Shown: piece after piece, positions 49,701 to 61,700 of the stretch
Layout of the letters: each line of letters starts with the position of its first letter
Numbering within the stretch: the stretch's first letter is position 1
IMG/VR virus record: IMGVR_UViG_3300034108_002091
Direction: 5' to 3' (one strand)
Length of the DNA: 64,000 nt
Source: an uncultured virus (IMG/VR IMGVR_UViG_3300034108_002091)
Lineage: Duplodnaviria; Heunggongvirae; Uroviricota; Caudoviricetes
Notes under the pieces: generated by a model
Told to the model about the DNA's origin: nothing
The model's database searches: none
Seen by the model: only the letters and a program-made list of their open reading frames with translations
Translations under genes and position numbers: made by a program

Positions 49701-52700
49701 AACTGAACCAAAAAATCAAAGAAAGAATTGCTGACCGCGAGGCTATCCAGAATCAAGCGGTAGAAGATTATGCAGAAGTAAGAAGCATGGCTGTGGGGTA
49801 TGATGTGCGCAACCAGAAAGTTATCTCTCAGAAGCTGTATGATCTGTTCAAATCTCTGATTGGCGAAAAAGAGCTGAGCGAACTGTTGAAGCAGCTGTCC
49901 TCCACCAAGCAACTGTACTATGCTGATATCCTGGTCGATTTTGTGAACCAGAAGGCTACGAATGAGCAGAAGGATCAGTTTAAAGCTGCAATCGAGGAAG
50001 AGATGAAATCGCTGGCTAAGCAGATTGACGAGTCCACATTTGCCAAAGAGTTCAAAAAAGGAGCAGTAGGTACCAAGAAAGAGAATATCAAAAAGCTGTT
50101 GGAAAACCCCGGAGCATATATTCACCAGGTAATTGAGGAAGTGGCGTATGGATTCCGTGATAAAACCGACAATCCGTTTGGTAGGTATCTGGTAAAGCAT
50201 GGCAACACCCGCCAGCTGCAGAAAGACCTTGAAGCCACCGGTGGAGAATATAACTACGTCAAAGGCTCTACGCCTGAGTTTTTGGAACTATACCATCAGT
50301 ACCGATCACTTGCGGATCTCAGTCAGGTAATTGATTCCACCCAAAGCCAGTACGATATTTACGCCCGCCTTGAAAAGCAGGTGAAGGAGGACATGGCCGC
50401 CAACCGTCCGGTGCCTACCCAGCAGCAGATGCTTGCCATCCGGGAAACCCTTACTTCTTTGTTCAGCGGAAAGCCGGTAGCCAAAGCCTACGATGGCTGG
50501 ATATACCTTGAAGGAGTGATCGGTGCGGGCAAAACTTCTGTGTTTGGCCGGTATGTGCTAAATGCGTACAAGGGCATCCTCGGTAAGAACGGAGTGACTA
50601 CAGATATCAATACCCTGGTGCAGGGAACCGCTGACCTTCAGACTACAGCTGAAAACCTGACCGGTGCTCTTGGGCTTACTACAGCCAAATCTATTCCTAC
50701 GGTAATCACTGAATTGAAGAACGGAACTTTTGCACAGAACTTGATCATTGTGGATGAGTTCGCCCGGGCAGGTCGTAGTCTTTCCGATGAACTGGCCAGC
50801 GCGGTGGAAGAGTTCAACAAAACCCGTGATAAACAGGTCAGGGTACTTGCCATCGGTGATCAGGCGCAAATCAGGAATGTAGCGTTTATTTCCAGCCTGC
50901 CTACGAACATTACGCACGTATACCCGCTGACCATTTCTTACCGATCCAATGTAAACGCGATCGCGGATATTCAGCAGCGGTTTAAAAGTAAAGGCGTAGA
51001 TGTTACCCAGGGTATTGTAACGGAGAGCAATTTTGCCGATCCTAAAGAAGCCGGAGATGAAAAACTGTACGGCGTGGCCGGTTCTACCTCGCTGGATCAA
51101 ATGTTGGATACTATCGCCAGCCGTCCGGCCAGTGTGTCAAAAGCCATTATCGTTGATGATGGGACGCAATCAGAGGTTTCTAAGAAAGTATTTGAGCGTG
51201 GACTGCAGGTGCCCATTATTTCCGCAAGGGAAGCACAGGGTAAAACCTGGGATGATGTATATCTCTGGATGGCGCCGGAGGCAGGAGCGGCCCCGCTGGA
51301 ATATAACACTCGTATGTACACGTCCGCCCGGGGGAGAAACTTTGTATATTTAGGCGGTATCAATGTCAAAACCAATGAAAATAAGCAGATCCTCAGTGGG
51401 ATCACTAAAAACGATTCGGATAACACCAACCGCGCCAAAGCCACAGCCGATTACCTCAATCAGGCATTGGATGAGTTTGAAAAGTATTTCGGTGTGGACA
51501 CCCGAACGACCGTACCTGCTACCGGAATTATTGATCAGCAGCAATCCGAAATCAAACAGGAAGCCCAGGTTAAGAAGGAAGAAGTGGAAGATGAACTGGA
51601 AGATGTCGGTGATCAGCCCGCTATTACGCCTGATTCAAACAAGGTTGAAGTGCCAGTAGAAGCCAATACGATCGTCATAGACAATCCTGTTCCAGAAAGA
51701 TCGCCAGTGGTCCAGATGAGGTCGCCGTTTTTCGGTGGTCTGAAACGCTCTGCCGGTATTTCCGAGGACACCAATAGCCAAGAGTTCCGGGTGGTTCCTG
51801 TTGTTCGTCAGGACAGTAACGGGGAAGAATTTGTGCAGATGTATCTCATGCGCGAGCATAACGGCCTGTTTTATGAAATCGCTGTGATCGGTAACCAAGG
51901 TCCCAACCCTGAGATCGATAAATTCCCGCAGATCAAAAAAGCCTGGGAAGAAATTTCTGCAGACTATAAATCAAAAAAAGGAAGTAGGGTTTTACGTTTT
52001 TCTCAGACAGGTAAAAGAGGAGAATTTGTACTTGATAGCAGACGAGAATTTTTAGATGAATATACTGTAGCGAAGGGTAAAATTGTTACTGCCAAATCAG
52101 TAAGTTATAACTACAGCAATACTGCCGGTGGACCGCTACGTTTTGCAGATACGGTACGTAAGTGGTTTGCAGATTTTTTCTCATCCCCGGACGCCACAGT
52201 AAAACCTGCAGTAGATGCGGAAACAGCCGTTAAAGGTGCCCGTATTGTAACCCTCAGTAGCAAAGAAGCAGACGAGATCAACAACAAACTATCCAACCGG
52301 TTGGTTAAACCTGGCTTTACCTATATCGAAATTACTGACACTAACCAAGAAGGTTGGCAGCGAAAAGGTATTCCCCAGTACATAGAACTGAAAGGAAGGG
52401 TCCTAAACAACAATGGCGACCGTAATAGCCTTGTGCATGTCCATAAGATCATCAATCCTATGCGCCGGTTCATGGGTAAGGTCAAAGCATTTGACGCTAT
52501 GTTGCAACCGTTTCTTTCCAACCCGGAGGTACGGCTTATGACCGGAGGTAAACTTGAATTGGGCTCTCCTTTGTACAATTTAATGGTTCGTGAGCTTTCG
52601 GATAACAACTGGGAAACAAACAAAAAGAAAACCACAGATCGCAAAATCAACGCATCTATCGAAGAGCTTGAACAAAAGCGTAAGGAAGAACTGCTTGCCG

Positions 52701-55700
52701 GCGGATCCCCTATTGAAATTAACCGTCGCTACGATGCTGAAATTCTTACCCTTCTGGAAGATACGGATGAATCGTATTCCGCTGAGGATAAGGCATTTCT
52801 CGATCGCCTGTTTGATTTTTTAAAAACCGGCGCTGTGGAAAAGGCAAAAGTCGTGGAAGCAGCAAGGGAAATAGATGAACTGGTATACGGCCGTGAAAGG
52901 CATAACAATTTCCAAAAGCAGTTTTTCTACGAAAAAGAAGGTAAGAAAGAAATCCTTTCTCAAAAAGATATCGACGAGAAAAACGAAAAATACCAGCAGT
53001 GGATCGCTGCCTACGGTGATGCACGAAAAGCATTCAGGACAGGCTGGGACAAAAAGACAAAGAAGGACATGGATGGAAATATTGTTCCCATCTATGGTCC
53101 CCGTTCAAGTTCTACCGGTGTTATTCAGCGGATCATGAATAAGCTTGCCCAGGCAAACAGGCTGGTGAAAACACCATCCGGAGATCTCTATTTCCGTACA
53201 ATGCGAGTGATTAAGGGTAAAACTGTTCTCAGTTCTAGAAGTCTGCTTGAGATTTCTTCCAAAGAGAAAAATGCATTCAATTATTCGGAAGCCAGGCTTA
53301 TGGAATCCCTGCTTGCAGAATTAGGTATATTGGAAAAATATCCAAATGGGTTGCTAATGTCTGTTCAGGGTAGAAACTATCCTTTTAATGCACCTATAGA
53401 GAACGGCAAACGTGTTACGGATAATGCAGAACCAATTCGTCCTGAAGACTTGGCTGCTTTAGAAGAGCGTAAGTCTCAGGTTAAAATGGGACCGCTTACC
53501 ATGAGTGACCTTGAGACTATGTTTGGCGACAATGCTTTTGACGCGCAAGGCAGTTCTTTAACTTCTCTCAGGGCAAATATCCCAATTGAACAAAACTGGA
53601 AACAGTCTGAGGAACTTACCGATGAATATGGTAATGCGGTCATGGATGATAAAAACCAACCGATAACGCTTTCTGCAGAAGAACTGCATCAAAACTACCT
53701 AGAGACAAATTTTGTCAGCGTCTCCCCTACCCAGCTGTCGGTAACTATTGACGGAGCAACGGATTCCAATGGTGGCGTAAAACCACAAGCTGAATCTCCC
53801 CAACCGGAGAAAAAGAAAACCAGCCCGTTCAAAAAATTATACAAAGGGCCTAATGATGCGGCGCCAAAGTTAAAATCAAAATTCAAAGGATCTACAGATA
53901 CCATCGAAGAAAGCAAGCTGAAAGATTATGTGAAGAAGTTCATTCCTAATCTTTCGGATGAAGAACTGCAGGTTTTGGATCCGCTGGCTATGATGCGGTT
54001 AGAAAGTATTCATGGCCTTCAGGATACTTGGGGAATGTTCGTTGACAAGGTGATATACCTTGTAAATAACAAGCGAGGCGTATACCGTCAAGTGGTTCGG
54101 CATGAAGTATTCCATAAGATCTTCCGGAACTTCCTGAACAGCGCTGAACGTGCAGAAATTATCAATGATGCTCGCGAGCAGTTTGGATGGACCGGTCCCA
54201 ACTTCAAAACAGATTACCAGATCGAGGAAGAGCTGGCGGATATTTTTGGCAATCGTTCAGAGCGGCCAGAGGGTATTTTTTCCAATATCGCTACTTCTAT
54301 CAATCGGTTCTTCCGTAAGGTAGCTACCATCTTTGGATTGGTAAGTAAGGGACGCCACCGTATCGAGACGATGTTTGAATTGATTGAGTCCGGTGCTTTC
54401 CAACAACCGTCTAAAGAACCCACGTTTGGTGCAGCTGCAAAGCGCAAGTTCAAGACCCACTACAATAATGACTTTGACCTGGCCAACCGGGTTGAATCAC
54501 TTTGGCATGCTTATCTTTCTTCATTTAATACCCCTCAGTTTACCGATGAAGATGGCCAGCGTAACAACGAACCGCCAATGGTTCTTAGGGAGATCAAAGA
54601 ATCATTCATTGATGCCCTGCGTTCTGAGCAGCAAGACCTTCAGGATAAGGGACTGGAATTGACAGCAGAGGAAGCCCGATATCTTCAGGCGATTGATGTG
54701 GCTTTGTTACAACGGAACAATAAGTACGTTGTGCTGAATGATTTGATCAAAGAACTGTATCCAAAAAGTGCTTCTTGGGAATATCTCAACGATGAAGAGT
54801 TTGTGAATGATGAAGACATGGTGGCAACGCTGGATGATATTATCAACAAAGATGATAATGTCGATTTTCATTCTAAGCTTACCGACAATGTAAAACGATT
54901 CCTGGGATCATTGTTTGTTGAAGTTCAGGGTCAGGTTGTTCCTATTCGGGTAACCAATGCACTGGCTAAATTATACAAGACAGTTACCAACTTTGACACC
55001 AGCAGTGATTCATTTAAAGACAACATTATCAAAGCTTTTGAAGTAGAGCATGACCTTAAATATGAGAATAACAAATGGGAAGGTAATCAGTATACAGCTG
55101 CTATTGCCGATGCACTGATATCATTAATTAAACAATCTAATATTGAAGAATCTCAATTTGTCGTAAATAAAAAAGGAGTTGTGTTTCTTAACCCAGATGT
55201 ATATTTTAAGAACGAAAACACGTTTGTGTATTTCGGTCAGGAAATTAAACGCACCGGCGCTGAGGAAATGATCATGCTGGAAAAAAAGCTAGCCGTTGCT
55301 GAAACCGATGTAGATAAAGAACAGATTGAAACTGAGATTGAGGGCAAAACCTTCAAGGTAGAATCTACGAAAGATTTTTATGCTCGCATTATTAACGAGG
55401 TAGCAGCGATCGATAAAGAAGTAGGTGACAGTTCATTTATCAGTGAAGCCACTACGGAAGATGCAATGTTCCTTTTGAAAGAAGTATGGGCACGCGATAT
55501 GGCTCAGGACACCCTCCAGGATATGATGAACCTGATCAATTCCGGTTATGATGTACAACCCCGGATTGTAGTGAGAAAAGGATATAAGGACCAGAAGATA
55601 TTTGATTACGTCAAGTTAGGCTCTAACCGGGCTGTTGTTGCGTATAAGGATAATATCGATTCTGCCATTCGTCAGGCTGTAGCGTCGGATAAATGGGATA

Positions 55701-58700
55701 TCATTGATAGTATTCGGGCTAGTGTTAAGTCAGCATTTGAATCGAAATCACCAAAGGATCAAAATGCAGCTATAAACGCATTCTTTATTCAGCTGGGTGT
55801 TATTTCACCATCGCGTCCACTTGCAATCAGTTCCAATAAACAAAAAACTGCCCTTGAAGCAATTGACAGAATTTTAACCGGCCTGTCTCAAAAGGACTCA
55901 GCAGAGCAAAATAACAACCACCTTACCGGCATGTCGAGTTCTATGCGCGTGGTTGCCAAGCTGATTGAAAATTCTGACAACAACCAAACCCAGGCTTCAT
56001 ACACCGATGGTGAAGGAAAGAAAAGGTTTTTCCAACGCTATATTGACTTTGCCCAGCGAACAGCGATCAATCTGATGCGCAAGGCAGATAACCTTTATAA
56101 GGTTGCCACCGACAGCTATATGAATCCTACCCAGCCGTTTAAGGAATTTACAAAGCTGTATGCGCTGAATTATTTCAATCCTGATTCCGGGTATAAAATC
56201 AACAGGATATTTGATTACGGATTGCATGATTCCATTAAAGAAGACTGGAGAGACTTTACCGTTCAGTTCAGCAATGAGACAGAGGTAGAGTTTATGGAGC
56301 GTAACTTCTATGCACAGTTCATGGGTAAGATCAATGAAATGTCATCATCATCATTGAACTACCTTACCTATGGCCAGCAGCCGTATACCATTTCAAACAA
56401 AACGTATATCAAAACCTACGAGGTAGGTGTACTCGGTACCAGTAGCAAAGGACAGGTAGGAACGATTCGCCAGGCAATTAAAGCTGCACTTCTGCAGGAA
56501 TTCTATCGTCCTGATCCTAAGGATGAAAAGTTCACCATCACCCGCAACGGTCAGAAGATCAATCCGCTGGACATCAAAAACTATAACTCGCGGAAAGCAA
56601 GCATTTCTCAGTTGACAGGTATTGAAGGGCCGGCAGCAGAACTGTGGCAGAAAATGAGATCCGCCATTCAGTCGGGTAAAGCTGTAACTGAAGATCAGTA
56701 TACTACGCTGGTAAATGCTGTTGAGAAAGCCATGAGCCAAAAGGCTGATGAATACTTGGCTCAAATGTTCAAAACCGATAAGATATCGCGTTTAGATGAA
56801 GGCTTTGTCAAGGATACGTATAAGGAACTACTGGGTCGCGGTGTTATTACAAGCAAGGATATCCCTTCAGAGATCGCAACAGTAAAGACCGGTGAGAATG
56901 TATCTGTAGAATTCAAGGATTACAATGCGGCAGAGCCAAAGTTCCTTCGCCCGCTGGTTCAGCTGTGGTACAAAAACTTCTATCTGAACGGGCTGATGCT
57001 CAACCAGATTACCGTTGGTGATCAGGCCATGTTCAAAAATGAATACGATGAGATCAAGAGGATGAGTATTTTCCATGGTATCGGCCAAAGCATGATGGTC
57101 GGTCCCCGCTACGCTCGTCAAAAGTTCCGAGTGATCGTTGGTGAGGATATCAAATCTTTGTTTGACACAACCAAAGCAAGTACGGATTACAACTTCCAGC
57201 AGTCGCTGACAGATGCAGAGGTAAACAAGATGCTGAAGGAAATCAACTGGACGGACGGCCAGGGATTGATGAGCATGCGCCGGTTTGAGGATCTTCAGAA
57301 GGGTTATGGCCCCGGTGCCAACCTGCAGAACACTCTGAAACCCGTATATGCCGGCATCGATCAGTACGGTGTGAATCGGACGCTCAAATATTCATCCGTG
57401 GTGATCACCGATGAACTGGCCAGGAAGTTCCCATTGCTGCGCGAGCTGAGGATCAAGATGGAACTCAATGGTCTTACCGGTACCGACTGGTCCAGGGCAA
57501 AAACCTTGCTGGAGAAAAAGATCGATTCCGGAAACCTTTCAGTAAAAGAAGTCAGAGAATTGACTGACCTTTTTTCGAAAAACGTCAACCTATACCTTGA
57601 CGAATTTGTAGCAGACTCGGCTACCAAAACCGGTATTCCCAACGGAAAACTCAGTTTTGACCGTTCTACCGGCAGGTACCAAGGGTTTTCCATGGATGAC
57701 ATGATGCTTCCGGAAGCGGCCATTATTGACATGGACAACCGCAACTGGCGTATCCAGATCAACCCTGCGCACGATATTGACTCCCATGTGTCGCTGTTTA
57801 CCCAGCTGATGTATTTTGCCAACTTCGACGGCCGCAACCCTGAGGAAGCAAATAGTATGTACTCGGCACTCGGCTCATTGTTTGGCCTGGGAATTACGGA
57901 AATGAAAGAGGCGCTGGAGATCACCAACGTTCCGGACCTTACGGCTAAAAAGCCCAAGCAGCTGGAAAAGCCTATCCGCGAAATGCTGAAAAAAAAGATG
58001 GGCAGCATGCCGGGCAAGGAGAAAGCACATGAGTTCCTGGAGCATAACGTCTCCCTGAACGCGCCATTCCTGGTGAATGACATGGTTACCCAGCTAGCCA
58101 GCATGTTCAATAAATCGATCATCCGTCCCAAATTCAACGGATCCAAATTCGTACTGCAGTCGGCCATGCTCACCCATGATGTCTACCAGAACGGAAAGAT
58201 CAACGAGGTCATGGTGCCTAAATTTGATGCGGAGAAGAACGTGATGGAAGTTTACCTTCCAAATATCTTCAAAAAGTTCCTTCCGGAAGAGTACCGCTCG
58301 ATGAGTGATCAGCAGCTGATGGAAATGTTTGACAAAGGCGAAGTAGTGTTGAACAATATGATGCTCGGCTTCCGTATTCCTTCTACCGGCATCAACTCAG
58401 CCGTTAGGATAAAGGTCAAAGGGATCTATCCTTCGGAGAACAACATCATCATCGCCCCGCCGAACATTACGTTCCAGCATGGTTCTGACTATGACGTTGA
58501 CTCCCTGTTCATTATCCGGCCTACGACGTACACAAAATCGGAAGTCGCTGAAATGGAGAAAGCCGGCTTTACCGTTAGCGAGGGTGAGAGCATCGGCCAG
58601 GCACAAGGGTTTTCCAACAGCTTCCAGAAAAAACTCGAGGATGAGCCCGCCCTCAGGTCCGTACTCAAAGGGTACCTGAAAAATAAGATTGTCAATACGT

Positions 58701-61700
58701 ACATGAACCTCTTGGCTAAGCAGGAAAACCGTGAGGACATTCTTAAGCCGATCACTTTTGACATTCCGAAAAACGCTGAGCGCTGGGATTCGCTGTTCAA
58801 TATGGCAGCATATTACAGTGCTGACCCAAGCGTGGGCAGTCAAATGGCTGAGTTCCGTCCCCTGGTGGATAAGGTAAAGGAAGGAACGGTCACACCGGAG
58901 GATATGAAAAGACTCGAGGCTTTGCGTGAAGAGATCCTATTCACCCGCCGAGACATTAACGATCCGCTGGACCTGATGAAAATGCAGCTCGATAACAAGT
59001 CGGGTACAAAGCTGACCGGTATTGCTGCCAACTCAGCCAAAGGGGTGGCCTATCTGTTGAACGCCACTACAGACGGTGAACTTCCAAAGCTGAATGATGA
59101 TCTTCGGTTTACCATCGATGGGGTAGAATATGACGGCATCGCCCGGGTGGATCGAGGCGTAGGCGGCGGTACCCAGGTGTCCGAGCATTTTTCATGGATG
59201 GTCAACGCTGCGATCGATAACGTAAAAGAACAGATCCTGCAGGTGATCAATATGAGTATTGGTATGGGTAACCTGTGGCTCGGTTTTACGGCGCTCGGTA
59301 TGCGGCCGGCACATACACTGTTGATGCTGAAACAGCCTTATGTGCAGCCATTGGTTAACCTGAACCGAATCAAAAAAGAGAATGTTGATACGATAAGGGA
59401 AGAGATTGAGGGTAAAATTGCTGCGCTTGGTGGCTCGGTAAATGAGGTAGCTATTTCCATCAAAGACTTGGAAAATCTGGCTCCCCTTACCATTGGCGCC
59501 ATTGATAAACTGTCCAAAGCAGAACAACTTGCTGCGCTGAGTACTCAGCTGGCGGTGATGGATGTTATCTCCAAAGGAACCCGTATTGGTAATTCCCTGT
59601 TTTCCACTACCCGGGCATTGAGCATCCTTCAGAATATTCCGCCTACATACGAGGAACAACAGGATGTGCTGGATGCCATTTTTGACATTTATGAGTCAGA
59701 AACTGAAGCGGTTACTACCGGTGATCAGGGTCCGTTTGCTACTACGGCATCGTACAAAAAGCATTCATTTCTGGAAAACCGGCCGTTAAATAAGCGGTAT
59801 GCTTTTGAAAATGTGGATCTCTTTAAGCTTCCCCATTGGGCAAAAGCCTATGAGCAGTTCAAATTACTGACAGACCTGGAAAAAGCTGCATTTTTTAAGC
59901 ACTCTCGGAAGATGCAAGACCTTACCCTGTTGGTAAAAAATCACTTTGGGCTTGTTGGCAGGCGGTCAATTTTTACTTTCAAGGATAACGAAGACAACCG
60001 GATGATTCGCGATGAACTGATCAAATACTTCTTCACCGGCCTGAAATTCAACCAGTTTGGAAGGACGGTTGATTTTAACTCAACCAACGAAGTGTATACG
60101 GTTACCAACCGCGAGCGTCAGTATACGGTGTATGGTCCGGAAGCATTTATCCAGCGGTTCATTGATAAGGTACAGTCGCTGAAGCTGCATCCATCCTATA
60201 GCGATAATGAATTTTTGAAAAAGCTGAGGATATCCAAGGATAGAAAGGGCATCCAGCGGCTTTCTATGGCCGATATTTCTGCCATTACCCATATTGACAA
60301 CAAGGTGCTGGAGAATGAATTTGTCAAGCTGGGGGCTGCCGATCGAGAAATCTACTTGGCAGAACTGGAAAAGGAAATCGCTGAAAATCTAACTGAACTG
60401 GAAACACTGAAAAAAGAAGCGCTGGCCGAGGCAAAGACTGAACAGCAGCGAGCCGAAATCGAAGAAAAGTATTCCAAAAAGATATACTTTGAAAATAAGC
60501 GGCTCAATAATAAGTGGTACAGCGAACTGCAGACAGATTTTGTAAAGTACCTGGTCCTGGCAGAAGGCTTGCGATTTAGCGGATCCACATTTGCTACCAT
60601 CTTGCCGGCTGAAATTTACCTGCCTGTATTCAAGGCTTTTGATAAGGCCATGGATAACATTGCTTCCAGGGATATGAAAGAACTGAGCAGGGTTATTGAG
60701 CATTTCGGGCTGTCGCTGATTCTGAACAAGGCCGATGATATGCAAAATTCTGTCCGGGGTTTGGATATGGATTACTCCACATCCTCAGTCAAAACAGAAA
60801 AGATTGGCGGTAAGGATATCTATTACAACCTGAAAATAAAAGGAACGCCGGGTACCGCTCTTACGGAACAACAAAAGCCTAGGGTGATTAAAAAATCCAT
60901 CAAACCCTACTCAGATAATCCGATGTACGATCCGGACCCTGTAGACTATGTGTTTGTACGCATGGACGTATCCTCTGACAACCATGAGGCTTATTATGCC
61001 CTTGCAGGCAAGGCCAATACCCACCAGACGTATAACTTCCGATGGGATCTGTTTAATGAAACCTATCGTTTCAACGATCACTTTAAAGGAGACATGGTAA
61101 ACCTTATCTCCAACGATGTGGTAATTGAAACAACGAAGATCAAAAAGCAGGAACTGCAGACACCGGTTTTATACTACGGTAAGGAACTGCCTGTAGGTAG
61201 CCTGTTAAGTGTGGCTAAACCATCGGATGCTACCCGTATCTATGCCCAACAGTACAAAGTGTCGAAGCTGCTGAAAGAAGCTTCAGCGCCTGAGGTAAAA
61301 AAGGAATTGCTGAAAAAAATTGATGAGCTCAAGGTTAAAGAGCGGTCAATGAAAATTACCGATCGCGAAGTGAGAGTCTTTGAGGCTGAATTGGAAACGC
61401 TGAAAAAGAAGATCGATAGCAAACAGAAGCCTACCGAAATTCAGCTTAAAAATGTAGAAGAGAAGACTAAGCAATTGGCAGCAATGAAACTGCGTCTCCA
61501 GGAGAAAGGTGCTGTTTCCAATGAGCTTCAGGGCTTGTTTACCCAGCTGAATCAGGCTAAGTTTAAGTACGAACTCATGGAGATAAAAAGTGAATTTGAA
61601 ACCACGCCGGTTCAAGTCTCTGCTGATGATTTGCGGGTCCTGTACAATAAGACCGATAACTTCAGTGCTGATTGGTCGGATGAAGAAGTACTTGCTTATC

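Noticed and set aside
47027..58173. Long minus-strand ORFs (47027..48340, 49268..50200, 57361..58173)
   Set aside because: They lie wholly antisense to the giant RNAP gene and have shadow-type composition.
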